From: Curvularia clavata
Lineage: Eukaryota
DNA length: 40,469 bases
Direction of reading: 5' to 3'
Assembly (NCBI GenBank): GCA_023920165.1
Contig: CP089279.1
Span: 2,976,001 to 3,016,469, forward strand
Of this stretch, positions 12,752-26,798 are shown one piece after another. The notes under the pieces were generated by a model. That model did not search any database. It was not told where the DNA came from and worked only from the letters and a program-made list of their open reading frames with translations. Numbering within the stretch: position 1 is the stretch's first letter; each line of letters opens with the position of its first letter. Position numbers and translations under genes: made by a program.

Positions 12752-13703
12752 TTACTTGTACAAGAGGGTGGCATCTCGGCCAAAGTTGAGCTCGAGTTCA
12801 CTCAGAGAACCATTGTTGGTGAGTCCGAAGTACCTTGTGAAGATCGGTGTGAAGTTCTGCGTGACCAGTATTCGGTTGAACAGATCGACATCGTTCGTAA
12901 AATCGGCACGGGTTGGATTTGCGCGGAGATTGATCGCCTTTTTTGCCGCAACAATACCATCTCTTGGGAATAAAGTTAGCCGCTCAGTGATTTCTCCGAT
13001 ATGAGCGTACATGTCTTTAGATGAATCGAACGCTTTGTTGATCCAACCAATTCTCTCCGCCTCTTTAGCTGTGATGTCCTTGGAGGTCAGAATGTACTCC
13101 ATTGCCAGGCCTTTTCCGATCAGCCTGTGCAATTGTTGACTTCCTCCTCCTCCAGGAAAGGTGCCGAAAGCATTTTCCACCTGACCAAGGAAGACATCCT
13201 TCTTTGTCGCGAAGCGCATGTCCATTGCCATCAGCAATTCATTTCCGGCAGCACGAGCCCTCCCTTCGACGGCAGCGATCGTGATCTGGTTAAGGTTCGA
13301 GATGTTGTACATGAGTGCAGCAAAATTGTCCACGGCTTTGTCTGGTTTTTCAATCAGTATCCTCTAGATCTAAAATTGCACTATTCTGGGTGGACACAGC
13401 AATGAACTTACCGACAAAGAAGATCGCAGGGTCCAGATGATTCAGGAAGAACCTAGGAACATCGCTCTTGAAGATGACCACTCTGGTCTCATTGTCGTTT
13501 CCAAGTCTTTGGACAAGATCTGTGAGCCCATACTGAATATCTTGATTCCAAGTATTGATGGTAGAATCGGGGTTATGGATCGTGACTTCCAGGATGTTGT
13601 TGCTTGCAGTCGTTTTCAGGGCTCTGTACTGGGGGAGATCCAATGCCAAGATCGAAGGAATAATCAAAGCCATCGCTTTGATCGTGAGCCACTTGGGAGC
13701 CAT
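12752..13703 (-). CDS. Enoyl-CoA hydratase/isomerase (crotonase) family protein with a predicted N-terminal signal peptide
   Basis: Intron 13342-13411 (GTAAGT...CTGAT...CAG) joins exons in frame (IFFVD|KAVDNF). Motifs TIAAVEGRARAAGNE.LMAMDMRFA, PGGGGSQ.L..LIG, A.EAERIGWIN. Hydrophobic N-terminus MAPKWLTIKAMALIIPSILA. Confidence 0.88.
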
Positions 13704-14786
13704 GTTGTTCAGCACAATGGATATGGATTTGAAGTAGGTGAGAAAGATCAGTCAAACTAGTACTGTGTGTGAGGACAAAGTATGAGCTTAGCTGCAGGAG
13801 AATTGTAGCACTTATACAGTTCATAAGCTTACCTCCACCATTGACATTTGTTTGCACGTTGCCGATCAAATTTGTCATTCTACCAATTTGCCATTAATTG
13901 CTTTGTAATGCGCTAGGAGATATTCACCACAGGGGTTCATCTCCGTTGGTTGTTGATAGAAAGGAAAAGAGCGCTTTAGAATTAGTTTGTTTTGTTCGCA
14001 AGGCTCGATAGCGTTCTCTTACGACCAATCGAAAGGGTTCGGAAAGCTGGGACGATGACAAAGCTCTCGTCTGTTGTTGGCTTTGTCAGTCATGCCCAGT
14101 CATGCGTTTACTTCTGCCAGTACAGGGAACCCATGGATAAATCGCTGGTGTAGCTGATTATAGTGTCTACCATTCGTTCTTACTGAGTCAAAGCTATTTG
14201 ACCAATTCAAAACGACGTTCCCATTGCTTCACTCCACTCAATGCGAGGCGCATAAGGTTCCATAGACATTGGGCAATTCCAGAACTGCTGGATTATCCCC
14301 GGCATCAGCAGAGCTCCGGTGTGGAGTTCTCACACGTCACATTGTCGTACGACAATTTGTCTGTGCGAACGGCTTCAAGGCGAGGTGAAATTCTGCACCG
14401 ACTTGGAGTATGCCCTAGCGCAGAGCACTAATCTTTATCGGGAAGTTGAGCCCGCTAACGTTCGCAACAAGCTGGTCTGCGGAATGTCGGGACAACTTTT
14501 CGTGCGACGGATGAACATATGCACCGTTTGCCAAAAGTCCTCCTGTTTTGCAAACGATAACACTATTTTCGGAAATTTTGGTTTCTAGACGAATTCTTGC
14601 GCCCAGGCCTTTACAACTCTGACCACATATTAATCACCCGACATTCATGAGCATAATAACACAGTACTCAAAGCTGTGCAATCAAACATCGATCTCTGCA
14701 GACATACGCCTTGAAAGGTCCCGGAAAGCAACCTAGGGAAATCTAACAATCCTGAGTCAGAACCGGAGAAAAGACGGACTCTTCGA

Positions 14787-15931
14787 ATGACGAGAAAGGG
14801 TACAAAGACAATTGCGGTGGTTGGTATCACTGGTAATCAGGTATAATGTCCTGCTAGATATCTATTGATGACATTGTATCATGCTAAGAGAAGACAGGGA
14901 TCGTCTGTTGCAGCGACGTTTCTCGCCGATCCTGATTGGACTGTGAGAGGCATTACTCGTGACCTCACAAAAGAGACATCTACAAAATGGGCCAACCGCG
15001 GTGCTGACATGGTAGCCGGGGATCTTGATGTTCCCGACAGCATGGAGAAGGCTTTTCATGGCGCGAACGTTATCTTTGGGACGACGGACTTCGTACAACA
15101 TCTACAAGATCCGCAGATCATTGCAAACGCAGGGGCTCGACATGTCAATGAAGTTGCCACTGAACGCGAATTCGAACAAGCAAAACGACTCATCGACGCG
15201 GCTGCTGCGCACACCTCCACTCTCGAACGGTTCATTCTCAGTACGCTTAGTGATTGCAAGGGATTGAGCGGTGGCAAGATACAGTATAACTTGCACTTCG
15301 ATTGCAAGTGGGCAGCGGTCGAGTATCTTCAAGAGAGATATCCTGAGCTGTGGAAGAAGACAAGTCTCCTTCAACTGGGCATCTTTGCGAGCAACTGGAG
15401 AGTTCCTTATTATACGCCCAAGAAGCAAGCGGATGGAAGTTTCAAGGTCAGCTTACCCATGAGCGGTGACAAAAAGTTCCCAATCATAGATCCGAACAGT
15501 GATACTGGTAAGTCACGGACAGAGAACCCTCTTTCTCCAGTCAGCTAATCCTCACAGGTGTATTGACCCAGGCTCTCCTGAAGATTAAAGCAGGAACACA
15601 TTTGGTTGGAGCCAGCTCTATGATAAGTTGGATAGAGTGGTGTAAGATTTGGAGTAGTACAACTGGAGTGGAGTGCAGCTTCGAAACCATCGATCGTAAG
15701 ATACTGGAAGATGCTATGGGGCCTCTCGGAAGAGAGATTGCGGATATGTTCCAGGTATGTCGAACAATGTCTTTCAAGATGGTTTGCTAAAACTTGGAGC
15801 AGTACATGAATGACTTTGGATATGATGGGAACGATCCAAACGTGGTGTACCCCTGGGATTTGGAGATGAAAGTGGAGACTACCCCTATCGACAAGTATTT
15901 CAAGATGCAGGATTGGTCAACAGTCTTATAG
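14787..15931 (+). CDS. NmrA-like NAD(P)-binding protein
   Basis: IAVVGITGNQ|GSSVA, VRGITRD, HFDCK, FGYDG. Introns 14841-14897, 15508-15557 and 15755-15802 give a continuous frame ending QDWSTVL*. Confidence 0.88.
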
Positions 15932-16358
15932 GATGTCTGTTATCATTAATAAGTTGCGCATATGGTTTTCAATCCTAAGGATCAGGTCAATGTAAAGACG
16001 TCTGAATCGAGATCTACACCTAGGTCCACGTTTTTTGATATAATTACAACACGGTACAACGGGATCCATGGGTCTGCAGTCCACACACTTTGCGAGCATG
16101 GTCTCCGCCATATTTGGGCCTGCATGATCCAATATTAGAGCAATAAGAGAATGAGCGTGATAGGATACTCATCTAGTCTATTCAAGATGGGAGCAGCCTC
16201 ATGCAAGCAGAAAGGGAAGATGCGTCCGAGTGTTATGGTTTAAGTATTTTATTTTGAGTGATCCAATGTTTACAAATCGTCTATGCATACACAGCGATGC
16301 ATCTAAAATACTGTCTTTTCCCAAGATCCATCGATGCAGCCAAGAGTCAAAAGAGACT

Positions 16359-17204
16359 CTAACTCATGTAAATTCCTCCACCTGACTGGATTGTCTGTCC
16401 CGTGATCCATCTGCTTGCCGGATCCGCTACCATTGCAACAATCAGAGCGATGTCCTCCGGGTTGCCAAGCCTGTGCTCCAGCGGAGTCATCATCTTTTGC
16501 ATTTGAATAGATTGCTCGAACTCGGCACCAGATCCCATACGACCCATCATATCAGTCTTGGTAAGAGCCGGAGCCACCACATTGACTGTATGGCCGAATA
16601 CGCCGAGCTCCGATGCCCAGCCACGACTGAGAGCTTCCAGGGCGGCTTTCGTGGCTGAGTAAATGCTTGACTTTGGATATCCAAGCCTACCCATTACAGA
16701 TCCAATGTTAATGATGCGCCCTGGGCTCCTAAGGTATGGAATTACGGCTTGCGTCATGAAGACTACGCTGCGGACATTCAAATCGAAAACCGTGTTATAG
16801 CCATCCAGAGTGATGTCGGTGAGGGCATTTGAGTATTCCTTGCCAGCATTGTTGACCAGGATATCGATCGAGTTCCCGAAAGCGGCAACGGTCTCTGCAA
16901 CAATCTTCTTTGGGGAATCAAGATTGTTCATGTCGGCTTGGATTTTGATGGCAGATGCGCCATTTCCAAGGTTGTTGATGGTAAAAACTAGGTCATCTGC
17001 CAACTTGGCGCTGCTCGACGATACAAATGTAATTGCTACCTGGTGTCCTGTTAACCCTTGGGACAAAGCTGTCTAGACGTGTATGCTAACCTTTGCCCCG
17101 CGATTTGCAAGCTCAAGAGAGATCGCGGCTCCAATGCCCCGAGACGCTCCAGTGACAATGGCAACTTTACCAGATAAGGGCAATGATTGAGAATTCGTAG
17201 CCAT
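16359..17204 (-). CDS. Classical SDR (3-oxoacyl-ACP reductase-like)
   Basis: GKVAIVTGASRGIG, intron 17040-17090, DILVNNAG, YSATK, VNVVAP, WITGQTI. Confidence 0.92.
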
Positions 17205-17932
17205 TTCGAACAAAAGGTGGTTGGGTTCCAGATGATCTGAGGACTGCAGAATGATCTACAACGAGGCACTGTGCTTTATAAACTCGGTGACCAATATTAG
17301 TGTTTGCATTTAGTACACTGGACCCTGTTCTCGGTGGAATGATTCGTCCGATCATGAATGCCGACGGGCAAACAACAATCCGCACGCTTCAAGATTACTG
17401 ATCTTGTTGGGAACAGGGATGATGTGTGAACAATGCAGGATTCAGCATTTGGCCGCATGTTTACGTCGCGCGAGTCTAGAGACTTGTGCTTAACTAACAA
17501 GAGACGTGATTGACCCCCCTCACTCTATAATACGATAAAATGGAGTCGGTTTTATTAGGATTTGCTGCAAAGCTAAAAACTGCGCACGGACACATTCATG
17601 TTACAAGCAAACAAGCTATACCTTTGACAGGCCCGCGGAAGGATGCAAAAGGTCAAAGAGAAGTTATTACCGTGTATAAAAAGGTTTAAAGGGACACGGA
17701 AACAGGTATCGCAGTACAAACAGTCATGTGATATGCTATTCTGCTAAGACTGGCCATCTGGGATGGTAGTGCATGAAGGGATGGCAGCGCCATCCCAAAC
17801 CTAGCCAATATGAGGCTGCGAATCGCACCTGGATTCGTGCCAAATTAATCTATCTCTTGGTGTATATTTATGTTGGGCTGTTTTCTCTGACCTTGTCTAA
17901 GTTGTAGCCTAACAGTAGACACTGCGAACAGC

Positions 17933-18135
17933 TGTTATACATACGGATACTCATCTGCAGATCTGACTATACTGAATTATCAAGGTTATAGGATTCTTGC
18001 TTAACTAGGGAAGTAAGGAGTCGTGTCTAAAGGAAGCTAAAGGGCTCCTCTTTATAGAGCCGAAGCCAAGTCCTCACGACGCTATGTTACCTCGTCGGCG
18101 CTAAGAAAGTCTCTCTCTCTACTATTCTATATAAT
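17933..18135 (-). mobile_element. Possible degraded solo LTR
   Basis: The minus strand has a TATA-like CTATAAAG and ends ...ATAACA. It is TpA-rich and lies just upstream of the 5'-truncated O-methyltransferase. No second copy or TSD seen. Confidence 0.3.
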
Positions 18136-18306
18136 TCCATGGCCAGAATCTGCCTTAAAGCAATCATTTGGATCATCCATGTCAGTAGCCGCGATCGCTA
18201 TTATGGTGTACATGTGCTGATTAGCAAGAAAGATCAATCGCAAAAAGGTCGCAAAACCAACCCTTGTCTGTCCGAAACCTTCTAACACTGACTTGTGCTG
18301 GCACAG

Positions 18307-19061
18307 ATTCGACGAATACCTCCCGTCCTTCCTGCACATGCCGAGTTACTTTGACAAGTATGGTGCACGCGAGCTGTTGGGCCGACTGCACAGCATCAAG
18401 GCGTCTGCCGAGGGCCATCCGGAGCTGACGGCTACCAAGATCATGTACGCGCAGCGAGAGTGAGTCGCTAACATGGCGCTCGCCATATCGTCAATGGAGA
18501 ACATGCACCCACTGGCGGGTGTATACGACTACAGCTGGGTCGCTGCTACTACTAGGGATACAGAACCCGACTGCGCCTTGATCGTCGATGTCGGCGGCGC
18601 CAAGGGACATACGATCGAGGTCAGTCCGGCCCCGAAGATGGTGGGCGTGGACTTTTTCGACGAGCAGCCTGCCAAGGGTAAGAAACTTGTTTTTTTTGAT
18701 ATTATTGCTCAGCTCACCCAAGCATGACTATGTTTGCATTGACCTGACTGTTTCCAGGTGCGTTGGTATACATTATCCGCCGCTGTCTTCACGATTTTAG
18801 CGATGAAGAATGCTTCCAAATCTTAAATCATCTCAGTGACGCCATGGCGCGGGATAGTAAGCTTCTCGTCGGCGAGACGGTTCTGAGCAACCCGCCGGGC
18901 CGGCCCACGGCCATGATAGACTTGCTGCTGTCCACTATCGGGGGCAAGGAGCGGACGATTGAGGGTTTCAACAAGGTTGCAGAGCGTGCAGGATTGTAGT
19001 TGTCAGTGTGCTCAACGTATCTTCTGGCGACTTCTACGTCATTGAGTATAGCAAGGCGTAA
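18307..19061 (+). pseudogene. O-methyltransferase (Methyltransf_2) pseudogene
   Basis: IVDVGGAKGH, DFFDEQP, YIIRRCLHDFSDEEC, GGKERT. In-frame TGA at 18461, apparent internal deletion between GHT and DFF, frameshift near 18997, N-terminal domain missing. Confidence 0.8.
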
Positions 19062-19198
19062 GCCAAAAAATACTCATATTCGTGCTGGGATAAAGAGAAC
19101 TACATGAATTTCCAGTGATGAAAGAACTTTGAATGTTGAGTAAAAAAAAGATGCCCAGATAATCTTTGTTTTCGTCACATACAGTTACGTATAGATAC

Positions 19199-21676
19199 TC
19201 ACCAAAGTGACGGTGTACCCATGCTGGGATTGTCATTCAACATCCAACCCATGGATTCCGTGTTTGCAAAATCGAAAAGATTGTCCACCGCCTAAAGATT
19301 AGATTAGTCAAAGAAACGAGGCCTTGTTCAAATACCGGTATTGACTCACCATGGGCCCAAAATCGTCCATTGTATGATTGCCTTGGACCATATTCGTCGA
19401 CTCAAGTGCGTCACTGGATCCAGTCCCCCGGACATGAAATTCAGACGCCATAGCAGTCAAGATTGGCATGCAATCTTCTTCGACTCCTTCCACAGCCTTG
19501 ATCAATTGCCCAGTAATCTCGCCTTCACCAAACCCCAGCATGAGCCCTTTGACCTGAGCCGCAATGACACTCATGAGAAGGTAGCCCTTGATACTCGTCT
19601 CTCCGGCCTCAACAGCCTGCAGAAACCACTGCTTCGACTCTTGAATGACAGAAAGTAAGTCAGGCCGCAGTGGGGCAGGCTCAAGGCTGTCGTCTTCTTT
19701 CAACTGCATGCGGAGATCTATGGCAATGAGAAACGCGGCGTGGATAGCGCCGGCTGGATGGAACCCTGCCGAGCACGTAATGAGCCGCTGCAATTCATTT
19801 GCTTCTGGAGTAACCGGGCTGTTATCGATAGTCACTGGATAGGCCGCGCGCCAAATTTTCAAAGACGACTCCACAACCACTATGCGGGAAAAGGCGTAAA
19901 GCGTCTCGCTGAACGCGGCACCAAAATACGGGGCGTGGAGAGCCAGGAGGTATCGATGCATGATGAAGTCGGCCATACGCATCTCATAAGGCGAAGGTGT
20001 CCGGGTTTTCGTTGAGCCGCTATAAGCCAACAAGCTGCGTCGCAGTGACTTGTAGGCGTCACGGAGCTTAGAGTCAAGCTGAAGAGTCTTGTCGTAGGCA
20101 ATGGGAGATGCGAGATCGTTCAAAAACTTCACCACGGCCAGGCGCTGCGGAAACGTTTCACGGAATGCTATCGCCATTGAAACTTGTGTGAAGGAGCTTG
20201 GTGGTTGTGGTACTGGGTCGTCGGTCATGATCTGATCATCATCAAAGTTACCTGGCGGTGCCGTGTCAAAGTCATCAAGGGAGATGAAAGGAGGACCCCC
20301 AGACGTCAAGCTCGACTGCAGAGCCATCTCTAAAATGGTGTTCCATAGCCTTCGTCGCATCTCAGCGGCGAATATCGTTCTCGGGGGCAGGACGGCAGGA
20401 TCCCGATGCAATCCCATGTAAATTGCTTTCCTGAGAAGTGCTCCGACCGAGATCCAGGTCGAATCTTCGACCAACCCCAACCTTTCCTGAGCGACTAGCA
20501 AGAGAAGGCTGGTCTGAAGGGTTTGGATGTCGAGTTGCGACTTTGATTTTGGTTCCGACAGCCAGCTTCGCGCGGCGCTAACCCATCGAGTAGCTGAGGT
20601 GCGCAGGGAAAAGCGTTCGTCATACGTCACGGCGCCGATGGCGAGCACGAGTGACAGCTGAATCATAAATCCCCTGTCGGCAGCGGTCATTTTGGATATC
20701 CAGACTGCCTCATAATCCCGGCGGAAGGACGGAATGTGCAGGATGCGATGAATACATTCAGCCGACCTAAAATAGCAATCCAACAGTGCATCGGAGATTT
20801 CCTTGTGAGGCAGGTCAGGCGTAGATGAAGGGATCCATGAGAAAGTCCGCTGTGATTTGATGAACTTTGCGAGGGATTTGCACCGCTCGATTCCTGACCA
20901 GGCCTTTACCGCCTCTGAGTGTGCATGTGCATCGATGGACTCGAAGACATCACGAATCTTGTGCCCGTTAGTCGTGTTTTGCTCGTGGTGACAAGGATAT
21001 GTGATAGTCTTACTAGGAGAACGCCATTGACGGCCCAGTGACTTTGGCCAAACAAACGTGTCTTGTGTGTCACGCTCCGGGCAATTGACTGTTGCTGTCC
21101 CAGCGAGCTACCTTCACAGTGAACATGAAAGGTACCGCTGATAGTTGAGTTAAGGGTTTGGATGTTCCAGTGGGGGGTTTCAGAAGATGTATTGGCGGGG
21201 GTTGAGGTCAATTTGGACAACTGCTCCTCAAGATCTCGGATCCTGAGCTTGAGTCTCAGTGACTCGGCATCTGGCGTTGATATCTGAATTGGAGGTGTCG
21301 ATGCAGCTGTAGAACTGGTAGCCTGTGAACTTGATGCATGGTTCGGAAGAGACGACCTGCTTGTGGTGGATGCACTATTACCCGGCGGGGCTCCCAGCAA
21401 GACTGTCTCTTTGTGCCTAGGAGCCAGCGTCGTTTGAGCCTGGGTAAGGCGGGTGCGGGAAAATGGCACGGGGTGGTTGTGAGATTCATAGACGCAGTTT
21501 TCATTCTTTGCGCGGAGACAGTTGCTGCACGGAGACTCTTGATTGCACCGGATCTTCCTTTTCCTACAAAGCAAGCACGACCTATGATATGGTTAATGTA
21601 AGAACACTGATAGATGCGAAAATTGAGCCTACGTTGCCGTCCGCTTTCTTCGTCCATCAGGGACCTGATCGGCCAT
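19199..21676 (-). CDS. Zn(II)2Cys6 transcription factor with fungal-specific TF domain
   Basis: CLLCRKRKIRCNQESPCSNCLRAKNENCVY, MGLHRDP, EMRRRLW. Introns 21582-21632, 20958-21013 and 19292-19349. Confidence 0.92.
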
Positions 21677-22612
21677 GGCGGATGATGTGACGAACAGCTA
21701 GGGATGATGCGCGTCACGTCCTGTGGAACGCCAACGGTCGTGCGAGTTTGGATGAGTGGTATCGTTATATATCGCCAGAGGGTGATGGTTGTATGTAGAA
21801 GTTGGGTTGCCTGCGCAGCCCGTATGGCGGTGCAAGCGGCTCGACGCGGCGCAGTGCTTGGGTGGCAGTACAACCTTGGCTTATTACATAATAACAAGCC
21901 CTTCACGAGATGCCTTTCTTCTTCTTATGAATATATTAGTAACTGTGTAATACGCAGGTAAATATGTCGAATACGCGGAGAATTAGAATCATTTTATTAG
22001 TCCATATTTCTAGAGTGCATTATTTCCACGAACATCTCTAGTAAAATTCTAGTAGGTAGCAAATCCTTTCTATACCTGTATTGACTACCTATTGATGATT
22101 TTTCTTCACACTACATGGCCTGACCTTCAGCCGCTGCCTATGCTACCCCTTCTAGGGGCAAAATCACGCTTTCGGCCGCGTTACACCGCGGCGACGATCT
22201 CTGGTCGGAGACAGATCGGTTCAACCGAACTCGCTCCGCTCCGTCTCTTAATCTGGACACCAAACTCAGTCCGCCCTCTAACCCGCGTCTACCTACCCCC
22301 AAACTCTTAAGATAAATTAAAAGGAAGGTCCTTTGCTCGCCAATGCTTGTAAGTTTTTCTCTTTAGCTATCCGCAGTCAGCCTGCGACCCATAGTGCAAC
22401 AAACACTAGTATGGTTACCACCTACTACTGAAATAATAACAAGCCTTCGTATCCCTTGCATTCCTCTAGCATGAGACTATCCCGCTTCTGGAACACCACT
22501 ACTACCAACTTACCTCGACAATAGCCTCACGGTCTTACTTGAACCGCCAATCAACTCAGTCTATACCCCATCCCACTCGAGAGAGTCTACACATCCCAAA
22601 GTATTGCCAAAA

Positions 22613-24002
22613 ATGGCTGCAGACCAAGCATCCCCAGCCTCACCCCGCATGCCCAAAGAATCCTACTCCATGCATGGCGATGTTTCGCAACGCCTACGCG
22701 CCACAGAAGAACCTTTCGCCATCGATGACGAATTCGGGCCAGCGCCCGAAGGCGGCCGGCGCGCGTGGATTGTGGCGGCCGGTGGGGGCGCCATCTTCTT
22801 CAGTACGCTGGGGTTCGCCAATTCCTTCGGGACCTTCGAAGCGTACTATCTCGGCCATCAGCTGAAGGATTGGTCGGCGTCGGATATCTCATGGATTGGG
22901 TCGTTGGCTATTTTTCTTCAGTTTTTTGCTGCGATGCTTAGTGGACCTTTGTTTGATTGGTATGGTGAAAATGTAGGTCATAAACTCGTTTTCTTTTTAC
23001 CGATATGACGACAAGATTGCTAATGAATCTACTCGGGATTAGATGCTTCGGCCAGCAGCAGTGCTTTACGTCCTCTTCATCATGATGCTCAGCCTCTGCA
23101 AAAGCTACTGGTCCATCATGCTCGTCCAAGGCGTTCTCATGGGCATCGTCATGGGTCTCCTGCAGATCCCAGCTTTTGCTGCTGTCTCGCAGTATTTTGA
23201 GAAGAACCGTGCTGGCTCACTCGGTCTTGTGGCCTCGGGCTCGTCAATTGGCGGCGTCGTCATTCCAATCGCGCTATCCAAGATGCTGAATGGAAGCTCG
23301 CTGGGCTTTGGCTGGTCAGTACGCATCATCGGGTTCATGATCTTGCCCTTTGTAATATTTGCCGCCGCGGGCATCAAGCCTCGCTTGCCTCCGCGCGAAA
23401 CTGACTTCTGGCTCATGTCTGCGTACAAGGAAGGCCGCTTCCTCATGTTGATTCTCGCACTCTTCTTCATGCTCTTCGGCATGTTCACGCCCTTCTTCTA
23501 CCTGCCCACCTACGCCGTCACCAGAGGCGTGAGCCCCACAATGGCTGGCTATTTGCTCTCCATTCTCAATGCCGCTTCCACCTTTGGCCGCATTATTCCC
23601 GGCGTGCTCGCCGACAAATGGGGCAAGATCAACATGTTCGGCTTTGGAGGCGTTATTACTGGCATAGTCATCTACACCATGAACTCGGCTGTCAGCAACG
23701 CCAGCCTGATTGTGTACGCAGTCTTCTTTGGCTTCACTTCCGGCACCATCATCTCGGGAGGCTCCGCTGCGTTTTCGACGTGCCCAAAGGATGCACGAAA
23801 TGTTGGGACGTACATGGGTATGGGAATGGCTATTGCCGGTGTTGGAGGCCTCATCGGACCCCCTGTCAACGGAGCCATAGTCAAAGCTTATGGAGGATTC
23901 CACGAGATCTGTATGCTCAGCGGTACCCTGTGTATTGTTGGCGGCCTTATTGCAATCGCGGCCAAGCGGTGGACGCCACAAGGCCTCATGGGCAATGAAT
24001 GA
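22613..24002 (+). CDS. MFS monocarboxylate-type transporter (Mch-like), divergent from the Zn2Cys6 gene
   Basis: PEGGRRAW, NSFGTFEAYY, ISWIGS, GPLFDWYG, GSSIGG, GRIIPG.LADKWG. Intron 22973-23042. Confidence 0.92.
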
Positions 24003-24869
24003 ACCTATAGTACCAAGTTAAAAGTTTCGCAAACCACTACGAATCCCCACCCCTACCAAACCTTTTCTAACATGACTCTCCTACTAGAATCTCTACTATA
24101 ATAATATACTTTTCAAGTCTAATAAATAAATCTGATGTTTAAATACTAGTAACTATTTATTAAACTATCTACTCTAATCTAGATTAAGATTAGATAAGTA
24201 TATTCCACCACGGGCGGGACACCCGGCCAAAAAGAATAGGTGCACCAAAACAGTAATATAGTACATGTATCGTGGATCAGGCTGGAGGTGAGGCTAAGTA
24301 CAGGGCTGCTGCCAAGGCACTAACGCCCAAAGGGCCCTTGGCTGTCCATCACATATTCCTACTAACGTAGACTCTGTGTAATATTAGGTTCTATACTAAA
24401 TTCGGTCATTTTCTATCTTTAAACTCGCAGATTTTAACCCCTCTAATTCGTGCCTAAATAGGCTTAGTGCTAGATAGTTTTTCACGATTTGGTACGTTCA
24501 AGTCAAGACGAGAATACCGACAAAATGACCTGAATCTACTTTTTTACCGATCGGACAAGCCTATAGGTCTGATCACTGACGTAGAGAGAGCTGCGCAACA
24601 ATTCCAGAGAAAGAATTAGGACAGATACTGTAGGGCCGGACCAGTCTTGAGCGTCAACCACCACCGCCCCATATCCGACCCGCCCACTTCCGCCAACAAC
24701 TTGATATTAGCGGATTTACGCATCAAAGTCTATTGTCAGTGACTTTGAGGCACGAATGTGTAAACCAGGCACAGATTCCGAGAGGAATTAGCTCCATCGG
24801 ACCACTTGAAAGTTCCAGGGATATATAACCCAACAGATGCGTACAAAACATTATGTGAGTAGAGTTGAG

Positions 24870-26798
24870 ATGCCTTCTGACAAGTATCTCGAAATCTATA
24901 GCGATTCGTTCCCTTACATCTTTATGAAACACAAGGATATCCCGCTGAAGACATACGACATCAGTATCCTGCGTTACGATATCTATCTACCCAAGGACGG
25001 TGCGCCTTTGGCAGTGAAAGATATCCCGTCATTGCGACTTACGGCCCTTGTGCGTGGCTCAGTCCAAAACTCACCCAGAGAGTTTTTCAGAATACTGACG
25101 TACTGTGCAGATAGAAAAGATGTCCCATACAAGATATTTTCCCCCAAATCTTGGATTCAACTTAGTCACGCCATGACATCCGACCACTCGTCCTGGGAAA
25201 CACCAGACCCAGGCTACTGGACCTCACAGGGATACATTATCATAAGAGGAGACGATTGTGGAGCTGGCCAAAGTCCAGGAGAGCTGGATACGATGTCTCG
25301 CGGTTCCAGTGAGGCTTTCTTTGACGTGGTAGAGTGGTGTGTAGATCAAGAGTGGTCATCCAGAAAAGTTGGACTGCTTGGGATCAGTTACTACGATGGC
25401 ACTAAGTGGAGAGTGGCTGCGAGGAGACAAAAAGGTTTAGCGGCAATAATCCCGTGGGAGGGTATGAGTGATTATCATCGCGATCGTGTGAGGCATGGCG
25501 ATATCCTCTCAGATAAATTCATCAGTGGGTACCCACCATTTCTTAAATTTCGACCAATTCTAACGTTTGCTCCCAGAATTCTGGTGGGAGAATGCTGTTG
25601 AAAAGAACCAGTACGGCAAGCCCGGTCGTGCGGCGCAAGGTTGGGGTTTTGATACCTTAGACGGCGATCTAGACGAGGCAACCTTGATCGCCAATCGACG
25701 GAATCAGATGGAAGATACAGAAAAACACCGATACCTGGACGAGGAGTACTTTTCCAGTCGCAATTTTGATGTACAAGACATTGAGGTCCCGCTTCTTAGC
25801 GTGGCGAATTGGGTATGGCGGTTTTGCTCTCGCCAATGATTTTGACTTACAACTGCGAATAGGGTGGAATTCTGCTTCATCTCCGTGGCAACGTCCTTGG
25901 TTGGATGCGCGCCTCTTCTCAACACAAGTTCCTGCATTTCATCGTTGGCCGGCATGACTTGCCATTCTATTATGACCATTCCGCCAAGCTTCAGAAGTCA
26001 TTCCTCGATGCATTTCTCAAAGGCGACGACTATGACGGCTGGAAGACCGGTCACCAACCCCGGGTCCGATTGACATTAAGACAAGGGGATTGCGGCGTCG
26101 ACGACCCCCTACGCGAACTCAGCTTTCCAACACGGGGAGAGGATGACTGGCCCCTACCTGATACGAGGTACACCAAGTTCTTCTTGACAGCAGAAAATGA
26201 GTTATCGGAGACAGCAAAAGACGTGAAAAGAGTATTCTCATATGACGCATTGTCGGGTGAGCCACTGCAATTCCGGTACACGGCTGACACAACGGTAGAA
26301 TTGACAGGCGATGTACTTGCAAACCTGAGCGTCTCAATAGATCGCAAGGATGAAAACGTTCCCAGGGACATGGACCTCTTTCTGGCCCTACGAAAACTAG
26401 CTAAAGACGGTTCGGAAGTCTTTTATACAGTCACGATAGGCGATCCTGTTCCCCTCGTTGAAGGCTGGCATCGCGTATCTCTGTGAATAACCGATCCATC
26501 GAATTCTCTCCATCAATCATACTTGCCGTATCGAAGCTATTGCGCCTCAGATGTTCAGGAGGTCAAAGCTGGCGTAATATATGAAGTCGAAGTTGAGATT
26601 TGGCCGACTAAAGTCGTGCTAGAGGACCGGGAAACCTTGGTACTTGAAGTCGCCGGACATGATGCTCAAGGTGCAGGTATCTTTTCGCATAGTGATTCCG
26701 AAGATCAAAAGACTAAGCATATGGATGGGGCGAATAATGTTCACGTTGGTAACAAAGACAGCTGGTTGCTGCTCCCTACCATTCCAGATAGGCGATAA
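24870..26798 (+). pseudogene. CocE/NonD (peptidase S15) alpha/beta hydrolase, probably pseudogenised
   Basis: WETPDPGYWT, nucleophile GISYY, LHLRGN, GRHDLPFY, EIWPT. Frameshift near 25005 (restores PFGSERYPVIATYGP) and in-frame TGA at 26484. Introns approximately 25050-25110, 25525-25577 and 25813-25862. Confidence 0.8.

Noticed and set aside
24030..24560. AT/TpA-rich patch with a possible pogo-like TIR near 24200-24245
   Set aside because: No partner repeat or coding remnant could be identified.
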